Assembly: GCF_009914755.1 (NCBI RefSeq)
Contig: NC_060925.1
Length of the DNA: 64,000 bases
Reading direction: 5' to 3' (one strand)
DNA from: the human T2T-CHM13v2.0 reference genome, Homo sapiens
In this document: one piece after another, positions 48,701-60,700 of the stretch
Layout: each line of letters starts with the position of its first letter
Numbering within the stretch: position 1 is the first letter of the stretch
The notes under the pieces: model-generated
The model's database searches: none
The model's input: only the letters and a program-made list of their open reading frames with translations
What the model was told of the DNA's origin: nothing
Program-made: the position numbers and the translations under genes

Positions 48701-51700
48701 GTTTTTATGTGCAGTTTTATCCTCTACTGCCATAGGCCTCAAAGCGGTCCAAATCTCCCCTTTCAGATTCTACCAAAAGTGTGTTTCCAAACGGCTCCAT
48801 CAAAGGGAATGTTCAGCTCGGTGACTTGAAAGCAATCATCACAAAGCAGCTTCTGAGAATGCTTCCATGTATCTTTGATGAGAAGACATTTCCTTTTCCA
48901 CCCCAGGCCTCGAAGCCCTCCAAATGTCCCCTTGCAGATGCTAGAAAGAGAGGGTTTCAAAGCTGCTCTATCAAAAGGAAAGTACAACTCTGCGAGTTGA
49001 ATGCAAACATCACAAAGAAGTTCCTGAGCATGCTTCCGTTTAGCTTTTATGGGAAGATTATCCCTTTTCCATCGGAATGTTCAAAGAGGTCCACGTATCC
49101 GCTTGCAGATTCCACCGAAAGAGTGTTTCCAAACTGCTGCATCAAAAGGAATCCTCAGCTCCGTGAGTTGAATGCAATCATCACCAAGAAGTTTCTGACA
49201 ATGCTTCTCTCTAGTTTTTATGTGAAGATATTTCCTTATCCACCACAGGCCTGAAAGGGCTCCAAATGTCCACTTGGAGGCTCTACGAAAAGAATGTTTC
49301 AAAACTGCTCCATGAAAAGCAATGTTATACTCTGGGAGTTGAACACAAGCCTCACAAAGGAGTTTCTGAGAATGCTTCTGTTTACTTTTTACGTGAGGAT
49401 ATTCCCCTTTCCAAAGAAGTCTTCACAGAGTTCCACCTATCCATTTGCAGATGCTAGCAAAAGAGAGTTTCAAAACTGCTCTATCAAAAGGAATGTTCAA
49501 CTCTGTGAGTTGCATGCAATCATCACAGAGAAGTTTCTGAGAAGGCTTCTGTCTAGATTTTATGTGAAGATATAGCCGTTTCGAACGAAGGCCACAAAGT
49601 GCTCCAAATATCCACTTGCAGGTCCTCCAAAAAGAGTGTTTCAAACTTGAACTACCAAAGGAAGGCTCAACTCTGGACTTTGAATGCCAACGTCAGAAGG
49701 ATGTTTCTGCGAAAGCTTCTGTTTAGTTAGGCGACGTTATCCCGTTTCCAACGAAATCCTCAGAGAGGTCCAAATATCCACCTGCAGAGTCTACAAAAAG
49801 TGTGTTTCAAAACTGCTCCACCCAAAGGAATGTTCAGCTCTGTGAGTTGAACTCAATCATCCCAAAGTATTTTCTGAGAATGCTTCTGTCCAGTTTTTAC
49901 ATGAAGCTGTTTCCTTTACTACCGTAGGCCTCAAAGCGTTCCAAATTTCCACTTGCAGATGCTACGAAAGGAGCGTTTCAACCTGAACTCACAAGGGAAG
50001 GTTCACCTCTGTCAGTTGAATGTCAACATCACAAAGAAGTTCTGAGAATGTTCCTCTTCAGTTATGTGAGGTTTATCCCGTTTCCAACGAAATTCTCAGA
50101 GAAGTCCCAATATCCACTTGCATATTCTACAAAACGTGTGTTTTGAAAATGCTCCATCAAAAGACCTGCTCAGCTCTGTGAGTTAAACTCAATCATCGCA
50201 AAGAATTTTCTGAGAATGCTTCTGTCTTGTTTTTAAATGAAGTTCTTTCCTTTACTACTACAGGCCTCAAAGAGGTCCAAATCTCCACTTGCAGATTCTG
50301 CAGAAGGAGTGTTTCAAACCTGAACCGTCAGAGGAAGGTTCAACACTGTGAGTTGAATGCAAGCATCACGAAGAAGGTTCTGAGAATGCTTCTGTTTACG
50401 TAGGTGAGTTCTCTCCCGTATCCAACGAAATCCTCAGAGCGGTCCGAATCTCCACTTGCAGATTCTACACAAAGTGTGTTTGGAAACTGCTCCATCCAAA
50501 GGAATGTTCAGCTCCGTGAGTTGAACTCAATCGTCACAAAGTGTTTCCTGGGAATGCTACAGTCTCATTTTTATGTGCAGTTATATCCTCTACTGCCATA
50601 GGCCTCAAAGCTGTCCAAATCTCCCCTTTCAGATTCTACCAAAAGTGTGTTTCCAAACGGCTCCATCAAAGGGAATGTTCAGCTCGGTGACTTGAAAGCA
50701 ATCATCACAAAGCAGCTTCTGAGAATGCTTCCATGTATCTTTGATGAGAAGACATTTCCTTTTCCACCCCAGGCCTCGAAGCCCTCCAAATGTCCCCTTG
50801 CAGATGCTAGAAAGAGAGGGTTTCAAAGCTGCTCTATCAAAAGGAAAGTACAACTCTGCGAGTTGAATGCAAACATCACAAAGAAGTTCCTGAGCATGCT
50901 TCCGTTTAGCTTTTATGGGAAGATTATCCCTTTTCCATCGGAATGTTCAAAGAGGTCCACGTATCCGCTTGCAGATTCCACCGAAAGAGTGTTTCCAAAC
51001 TGCTGCATCAAAAGGAATCCTCAGCTCCGTGAGTTGAATGCAATCATCACCAAGAAGTTTCTGACAATGCTTCTCTCTAGTTTTTATGTGAAGATATTTC
51101 CTTATCCACCACAGGCCTGAAAGGGCTCCAAATGTCCACTTGGAGGCTCTACGAAAAGAATGTTTCAAAACTGCTCCATGAAAAGCAATGTTATACTCTG
51201 GGAGTTGAACACAAGCCTCACAAAGGAGTTTCTGAGAATGCTTCTGTTTACTTTTTACGTGAGGATATTCCCGTTTCCAAAGAAGTCTCCACAGAGTTCC
51301 ACCTATCCATTTGCAGATGCTAGCAAAAGAGAGTTTCAAAACTGCTCTATCAAAAGGAATGTTCAACTCTGTGAGTTGCATGCAATCATCACAGAGAAGT
51401 TTCTGAGAAGGCTTCTGTCTAGATTTTATGTGAAGATATAGCCGTTTCGAACGAAGGCCACAAAGTGCTCCAAATATCCACTTGCAGGTCCTCCAAAAAG
51501 AGTGTTTCAAACGTGAACTACCAAAGGAAGGCTCAACTCTGGACTTTGAATGCCAACGTCAGAAGGATGTTTCTGCGAAAGCTTCTGTTTAGTTAGGCGA
51601 CGTTATCCCGTTTCCAACGAAATCCTCAGAGAGGTCCAAATATCCACCTGCAGAGTCTACAAAAAGTGTGTTTCAAAACTGCTCCACCCAAAGGAATGTT

Positions 51701-54700
51701 CAGCTCTGTGAGTTGAACTCAATCATCCCAAAGTATTTTCTGAGAATGCTTCTGTCCAGTTTTTACATGAAGCTGTTTCCTTTACTACCGTAGGCCTCAA
51801 AGCGTTCCAAATCTCCACTTGCAGATGCTACGAAAGGAGCGTTTCAACCTGAACTCACAAGGGAAGGTTCACCTCTGTCAGTTGAATGTCAACATCACAA
51901 AGAAGTTCTGAGAATGTTCCTCTTCAGTTATGTGAGGTTTATCCCGTTTCCAACGAAATTCTCAGAGAAGTCCCAATATCCACTTGCATATTCTACAAAA
52001 CGTGTGTTTTGAAAATGCTCCATCAAAAGACCTGCTCAGCTCTGTGAGTTAAACTCAATCATCGCAAAGAATTTTCTGAGAATGCTTCTGTCTTGTTTTT
52101 AGATGAAGTTCTTTCCTTTACTACGACAGGCCTCAAAGAGGTCCAAATCTCCACTTGCAGATTCTGCAGAAGGAGTATTTCAAACCTGAACCGTCAGAGG
52201 AAGGTTCAACACTGTGAGTTGAATGCAAGCATCACGAAGAAGGTTCTGAGAATGCTTCTGTTTACGTAGGTGAGTTCTCTCCCGTATCCAACGAAATCCT
52301 CAGAGCGGTCCGAATCTCCACTTGCAGATTCTACACAAAGTGTGTTTGGAAACTGCTCCATCCAAAGGAATGTTCAGCTCCGTGAGTTGAACTCAATCGT
52401 CACAAAGTGTTTCCTGGGAATGCTACTGTCTCATTTTTATGTGCAGTTATATCCTCTACTGCCATAGGCCTCAAAGCGGTCCAAATCTCCCCTTTCAGAT
52501 TCTACCAAAAGTGTGTTTCCAAAAGGCTCCATCAAAGGGAATGTTCAGCTCGGTGACTTGAAAGCAATCATCACAAAGCAGCTTCTGAGAATGCTTCCAT
52601 GTATCTTTGATGAGAAGACATTTCCTTTTCCACCCCAGGCCTCGAAGCCCTCCAAATGTCCCCTTGCAGATGCTAGAAAGAGAGGGTTTCAAAGCTGCTC
52701 TATCAAAAGGAAAGTACAACTCTGCGAGTTGAATGCAAACATCACAAAGAAGTTCCTGAGCATGCTTCCGTTTAGCTTTTATGGGAAGATTATCCCTTTT
52801 CCATCGGAATGTTCAAAGAGGTCCACGTATCCGCTTGCAGATTCCACCGAAAGAGTGTTTCCAAACTGCTGCATCAAAAGGAATCCTCAGCTCCGTGAGT
52901 TGAATGCAATCATCACCAAGAAGTTTCTGACAATGCTTCTCTCTAGTTTTTATGTGAAGATATTTCCTTATCCACCACAGGCCTGAAAGGGCTCCAAATG
53001 TCCACTTGGAGGCTCTACGAAAAGAATGTTTCAAAACTGCTCCATGAAAAGCAATGTTATACTCTGGGAGTTGAACACAAGCCTCACAAAGGAGTTTCTG
53101 AGAATGCTTCTGTTTACTTTTTACGTGAGGATATTCCCGTTTCCAAAGAAGTCTCCACAGAGTTCCACCTATCCATTTGCAGATGCTAGCAAAAGAGAGT
53201 TTCAAAACTGCTCTATCAAAAGGAATGTTCAACTCTGTGAGTTGCATGCAATCATCACAGAGAAGTTTCTGAGAAGGCTTCTGTCTAGATTTTATGTGAA
53301 GATATAGCCGTTTCGAACGAAGGCCACAAAGTGCTCCAAATATCCACTTGCAGGTCCTCCAAAAAGAGTGTTTCAAACGTGAACTACCAAAGGAAGGCTC
53401 AACTCTGGACTTTGAATGCCAACGTCAGAAGGATGTTTCTGCGAAAGCTTCTGTTTAGTTAGGCGACGTTATCCCGTTTCCAACGAAATCCTCAGAGAGG
53501 TCCAAATATCCACCTGCAGAGTCTACAAAAAGTGTGTTTCAAAACTGCTCCACCCAAAGGAATGTTCAGCTCTGTGAGTTGAACTCAATCATCCCAAAGT
53601 ATTTTCTGAGAATGCTTCTGTCCAGTTTTTACATGAAGCTGTTTCCTTTACTACCGTAGGCCTCAAAGCGTTCCAAATCTCCACTTGCAGATGCTACGAA
53701 AGGAGCGTTTCAACCTGAACTCACAAGGGAAGGTTCACCTCTGTCAGTTGAATGTCAACATCACAAAGAAGTTCTGAGAATGTTCCTCTTCAGTTATGTG
53801 AGGTTTATCCCGTTTCCAACGAAATTCTCAGAGAAGTCCCAATATCCACTTGCATATTCTACAAAACGTGTGTTTTGAAAATGCTCCATCAAAAGACCTG
53901 CTCAGCTCTGTGAGTTAAACTCAATCATCGCAAAGAATTTTCTGAGAATGCTTCTGTCTTGTTTTTAGATGAAGTTCTTTCCTTTACTACGACAGGCCTC
54001 AAAGAGGTCCAAATCTCCACTTGCAGATTCTGCAGAAGGAGTGTTTCAAACCTGAACCATCAGAGGAAGGTTCAACACTGTGAGTTGAATGCAAGCATCA
54101 CGAAGAAGGTTCTGAGAATGCTTCTGTTTACGTAGGTGAGTTCTCTCCCGTATCCAACGAAATCCTCAGAGCGGTCCGAATCTCCACTTGCAGATTCTAC
54201 ACAAAGTGTGTTTGGAAACTGCTCCATCCAAAGGAATGTTCAGCTCCGTGAGTTGAACTCAATCGTCACAAAGTGTTTCCTGGGAATGCTACTGTCTCGT
54301 TTTTATGTGCAGTTTTATCCTCTACTGCCACAGGCCTCAAAGCGGTCCAAATCTCCCCTTTCAGATTCTACCAAAAGTGTGTTTCCAAACGGCTCCATCA
54401 AAGGGAATGTTCAGCTCGGTGACTTGAAAGCAATCATCACAAAGCAGCTTCTGAGAATGCTTCCATGTATCTTTGATGAGAAGACATTTCCTTTTCCACC
54501 CCAGGCCTCGAAGCCCTCCAAATGTCCCCTTGCAGATGCTAGAAAGTGAGGGTTTCAAAGCTGCTCTATCAAAAGGAAAGTACAACTCTGCGAGTTGAAT
54601 GCAAACATCACAAAGAAGTTCCTGAGCATGCTTCCGTTTAGCTTTTATGGGAAGATTATCCCTTTTCCATCGGAATGTTCAAAGAGGTCCACGTATCCGC

Positions 54701-57700
54701 TTGCAGATTCCACCGAAAGAGTGTTTCCAAACTGCTGCATCAAAAGGAATCCTCAGCTCCGTGAGTTGAATGCAATCATCACCAAGAAGTTTCTGACAAT
54801 GCTTCTCTCTAGTTTTTATGTGAAGATATTTCCTTATCCACCACAGGCCTGAAAGGGCTCCAAATGTCCACTTGGAGGCTCTACGAAAAGAATGTTTCAA
54901 AACTGCTCCATGAAAAGCAATGTTATACTCTGGGAGTTGAACACAAGCCTCACAAAGGAGTTTCTGAGAATGCTTCTGTTTACTTTTTACGTGAGGATAT
55001 TCCCCTTTCCAAAGAAGTCTTCACAGAGTTCCACCTATCCATTTGCAGATGCTAGCAAAAGAGAGTTTCAAAACTGCTCTATCAAAAGGAATGTTCAACT
55101 CTGTGAGTTGCATGCAATCATCACAGAGAAGTTTCTGAGAAGGCTTCTGTCTAGATTTTATTTGAAGATATAGCCGTTTCGAACGAAGGCCACAAAGTGC
55201 TCCAAATATCCACTTGCAGGTCCTCCAAAAAGAGTGTTTCAAACTTGAACTACCAAAGGAAGGCTCAACTCTGGACTTTGAATGCCAACGTCAGAAGGAT
55301 GTTTCTGCGAAAGCTTCTGTTTAGTTAGGCGACGTTATCCCGTTTCCAACGAAATCCTCAGAGAGGTCCAAATATCCACCTGCAGAGTCTACAAAAAGTG
55401 TGTTTCAAAACTGCTCCACCCAAAGGAATGTTCAGCTCTGTGAGTTGAACTCAATCATCCCAAAGTATTTTCTGAGAATGCTTCTGTCCAGTTTTTACAT
55501 GAAGCTGTTTCCTTTACTACCGTAGGCCTCAAAGCGTTCCAAATTTCCACTTGCAGATGCTACGAAAGGAGCGTTTCAACCTGAACTCACAAGGGAAGGT
55601 TCACCTCTGTCAGTTGAATGTCAACATCACAAAGAAGTTCTGAGAATGTTCCTCTTCAGTTATGTGAGGTTTATCCCGTTTCCAACGAAATTCTCAGAGA
55701 AGTCCCAATATCCACTTGCATATTCTACAAAACGTGTGTTTTGAAAATGCTCCATCAAAAGACCTGCTCAGCTCTGTGAGTTAAACTCAATCATCGCAAA
55801 GAATTTTCTGAGAATGCTTCTGTCTTGTTTTTAAATGAAGTTCTTTCCTTTACTACGACAGGCCTCAAAGAGGTCCAAATCTCCACTTGCAGATTCTGCA
55901 GAAGGAGTGTTTCAAACCTGAACCGTCAGAGGAAGGTTCAACACTGTGAGTTGAATGCAAGCATCACGAAGAAGGTTCTGAGAATGCTTCTGTTTACGTA
56001 GGTGAGTTCTCTCCCGTATCCAACGAAATCCTCAGAGCGGTCCGAATCTCCACTTGCAGATTCTACACAAAGTGTGTTTGGAAACTGCTCCATCCAAAGG
56101 AATGTTCAGCTGCGTGAGTTGAACTCAATCGTCACAAAGTGTTTCCTGGGAATGCTACTGTCTCATTTTTATGTGCAGTTATATCCTCTACTGCCATAGG
56201 CCTCAAAGCTGTCCAAATCTCCCCTTTCAGATTCTACCAAAAGTGTGTTTCCAAACGGCTCCATCAAAGGGAATGTTCAGCTCGGTGACTTGAAAGCAAT
56301 CATCACAAAGCAGCTTCTGAGAATGCTTCCATGTATCTTTGATGAGAAGACATTTCCTTTTCCACCCCAGGCCTCGAAGCCCTCCAAATGTCCCCTTGCA
56401 GATGCTAGAAAGAGAGGGTTTCAAAGCTGCTCTATCAAAAGGAAAGTACAACTCTGCGAGTTGAATGCAAACATCACAAAGAAGTTCCTGAGCATGCTTC
56501 CGTTTAGCTTTTATGGGAAGATTATCCCTTTTCCATCGGAATGTTCAAAGAGGTCCACGTATCCGCTTGCAGATTCCACCGAAAGAGTGTTTCCAAACTG
56601 CTGCATCAAAAGGAATCCTCAGCTCCGTGAGTTGAATGCAATCATCACCAAGAAGTTTCTGACAATGCTTCTCTCTAGTTTTTATGTGAAGATATTTCCT
56701 TATCCACCACAGGCCTGAAAGGGCTCCAAATGTCCACTTGGAGGCTCTACGAAAAGAATGTTTCAAAACTGCTCCATGAAAAGCAATGTTATACTCTGGG
56801 AGTTGAACACAAGCCTCACAAAGGAGTTTCTGAGAATGCTTCTGTTTACTTTTTACGTGAGGATATTCCCGTTTCCAAAGAAGTCTCCACAGAGTTCCAC
56901 CTATCCATTTGCAGATGCTAGCAAAAGAGAGTTTCAAAACTGCTCTATCAAAAGGAATGTTCAACTCTGTGAGTTGCATGCAATCATCACAGAGAAGTTT
57001 CTGAGAAGGCTTCTGTCTAGATTTTATGTGAAGATATAGCCGTTTCGAACGAAGGCCACAAAGTGCTCCAAATATCCACTTGCAGGTCCTCCAAAAAGAG
57101 TGTTTCAAACGTGAACTACCAAAGGAAGGCTCAACTCTGGACTTTGAATGCCAACGTCAGAAGGATGTTTCTGCGAAAGCTTCTGTTTAGTTAGGCGACG
57201 TTATCCCGTTTCCAACGAAATCCTCAGAGAGGTCCAAATATCCACCTGCAGAGTCTACAAAAAGTGTGTTTCAAAACTGCTCCACCCAAAGGAATGTTCA
57301 GCTCTGTGAGTTGAACTCAATCATCCCAAAGTATTTTCTGAGAATGCTTCTGTCCAGTTTTTACATGAAGCTGTTTCCTTTACTACCGTAGGCCTCAAAG
57401 CGTTCCAAATCTCCACTTGCAGATGCTACGAAAGGAGCGTTTCAACCTGAACTCACAAGGGAAGGTTCACCTCTGTCAGTTGAATGTCAACATCACAAAG
57501 AAGTTCTGAGAATGTTCCTCTTCAGTTATGTGAGGTTTATCCCGTTTCCAACGAAATTCTCAGAGAAGTCCCAATATCCACTTGCATATTCTACAAAACG
57601 TGTGTTTTGAAAATGCTCCATCAAAAGACCTGCTCAGCTCTGTGAGTTAAACTCAATCATCGCAAAGAATTTTCTGAGAATGCTTCTGTCTTGTTTTTAG

Positions 57701-60700
57701 ATGAAGTTCTTTCCTTTACTACGACAGGCCTCAAAGAGGTCCAAATCTCCACTTGCAGATTCTGCAGAAGGAGTGTTTCAAACCTGAACCGTCAGAGGAA
57801 GGTTCAACACTGTGAGTTGAATGCAAGCATCACGAAGAAGGTTCTGAGAATGCTTCTGTTTACGTAGGTGAGTTCTCTCCCGTATCCAACGAAATCCTCA
57901 GAGCGGTCCGAATCTCCACTTGCAGATTCTACACAAAGTGTGTTTGGAAACTGCTCCATCCAAAGGAATGTTCAGCTCCGTGAGTTGAACTCAATCGTCA
58001 CAAAGTGTTTCCTGGGAATGCTACTGTCTCGTTTTTATGTGCAGTTTTATCCTCTACTGCCACAGGCCTCAAAGCGGTCCAAATCTCCCCTTTCAGATTC
58101 TACCAAAAGTGTGTTTCCAAACGGCTCCATCAAAGGGAATGTTCAGCTCGGTGACTTGAAAGCAATCATCACAAAGCAGCTTCTGAGAATGCTTCCATGT
58201 ATCTTTGATGAGAAGACATTTCCTTTTCCACCCCAGGCCTCGAAGCCCTCCAAATGTCCCCTTGCAGATGCTAGAAAGAGAGGGTTTCAAAGCTGCTCTA
58301 TCAAAAGGAAAGTACAACTCTGCGAGTTGAATGCAAACATCACAAAGAAGTTCCTGAGCATGCTTCCGTTTAGCTTTTATGGGAAGATTATCCCTTTTCC
58401 ATCGGAATGTTCAAAGAGGTCCACGTATCCGCTTGCAGATTCCACCGAAAGAGTGTTTCCAAACTGCTGCATCAAAAGGAATCCTCAGCTCCGTGAGTTG
58501 AATGCAATCATCACCAAGAAGTTTCTGACAATGCTTCTCTCTAGTTTTTATGTGAAGATATTTCCTTATCCACCACAGGCCTGAAAGGGCTCCAAATGTC
58601 CACTTGGAGGCTCTACGAAAAGAATGTTTCAAAACTGCTCCATGAAAAGCAATGTTATACTCTGGGAGTTGAACACAAGCCTCACAAAGGAGTTTCTGAG
58701 AATGCTTCTGTTTACTTTTTACGTGAGGATATTCCCGTTTCCAAAGAAGTCCTCACAGAGTTCCACCTATCCATTTGCAGATGCTAGCAAAACAGAGTTT
58801 CAAAACTGCTCTATCAAAAGGAATGTTCAACTCTGTGAGTTGCATGCAATCATCACAGAGAAGTTTCTGAGAAGGCTTCTGTCTAGATTTTATGTGAAGA
58901 TATAGCCGTTTCGAACGAAGGCCACAAAGTGCTCCAAATATCCACTTGCAGGTCCTCCAAAAAGAGTGTTTCAAACGTGAACTACCAAAGGAAGGCTTAG
59001 CTCTGGACTTTGAATGCCAACCTCAGAAGGATATTTCTGCGAAAGCTTCTGTTTAGTTAGGCGACGTTAACCCGTTTCCAACGAAATCTTCAGAGAGGTC
59101 CAAATATCCACCTGCAGAGTCTACAAAAAGTGTGTTTCAAAACTGCTCCACCCAAAGGAATGTTCAGCTCTGTGAGTTGAACTCAATCATCCCAAAGTAT
59201 TTTCTGAGAATGCTTCTGTCCAGTTTTTACATGAAGCTGTTTCCTTTACTACCGTAGGCCTCATAGCGTTCCAAATCTCCACTTGCAGATGCTACGAAAG
59301 GAGCGTTTCAACCTGAACTCACAAGGGAAGGCTCACCTCTGTCAGTTGAATGTCAACATCAGAAAGAAGTTCTGAGAATGTTCCTCTTCAGTTACGTGAG
59401 GTTCTTCCCGTTTCCAACGAAATTCTCAGAGAAGTCCCAATATCCACTTGCATATCCTACAAAACGTGTGTTTTGAAAATGCTCCATCAAAAGACCTGCT
59501 CTGCTCTGTGAGTTAAACTCAATCATCGCAAAGAATTTTCTGAGAATGCTTCTGTCTTGTTTTTAGATGAAGTTCTTTCCTTTACTACGACAGGCCTCAA
59601 AGAGGTCCAAATCTCCACTTGCAGATTCTGCAGAAGGAGTGTTTCAAACCTGAACTGTCAGAGAAAGGTTCAACACTGTGAGTTGAATGCAAGCATCACG
59701 AAGAAGGTTCTGAGAATGCTTCTGTTTACGTAGGTGAGTTCTCTCCCGTATCCAACGAAATCCTCAGAGCGGTCCGAATCTCCACTTGCAGATTCTACAC
59801 AAAGTGTGTTTGGAAACTGCTCCATCCAAAGGAATGTTCAGCTCCGTGAGTTGAACTCAATCGTCACAAAGTGTTTCCTGGGAATGCTACTGTCTCGTTT
59901 TTATGTGCAGTTATAAACTCTAGTGCCATAGGCCTCAAAGCGGTCCAAATATCCCCTTTCAGATTCTACCAAAAGTGTGTTTCCAAAAGGCTCCATCAAA
60001 GGGAATGTTCAGCTCGGTGACTTGAAAGCAATCATCACAAAGCAGCTTCTGAGAATGCTTCCATGTATCTTTGATGAGAAGACATTTCCTTTTCCACCCC
60101 AGGCCTCGAAGCCCTCCAAATGTCCCCTTGCAGATGCTAGAAAGAGAGGGTTTCAAAGCTGCTCTATCAAAAGGAAAGTACAACTCGGCGAGTTGAATGC
60201 AAACATCACAAAGAAGTTCCTGAGCATGCTTCCGTTTAGCTTTTATGGGAAGATTATCCCTTTTCCATCGGAATGTTCAAAGAGGTCCACGTATCCGCTT
60301 GCAGATTCCACCGAAAGAGTGTTTCCAAACTGCTGCATCAAAAGGAATCCTCAGCTCCGTGAGTTGAATGCAATCATCACCAAGAAGTTTCTGACAATGC
60401 TTCTCTCTAGTTTTTATGTGAAGATATTTCCTTATCCACCACAGGCCTGAAAGGGCTCCAAATGTCCACTTGGAGGCTCTACGAAAAGAATGTTTCAAAA
60501 CTGCTCCATGAAAAGCAATGTTATACTCTGGGAGTTGAACACAAGCCTCACAAAGGAGTTTCTGAGAATGCTTCTGTTTACTTTTTACGTGAGGATATTC
60601 CCGTTTCCAAAGAAGTCTTCACAGAGTTCCACCTATCCATTTGCAGATGCTAGCAAAAGAGAGTTTCAAAACTGCTCTATCAAAAGGAATGTTCAACTCT

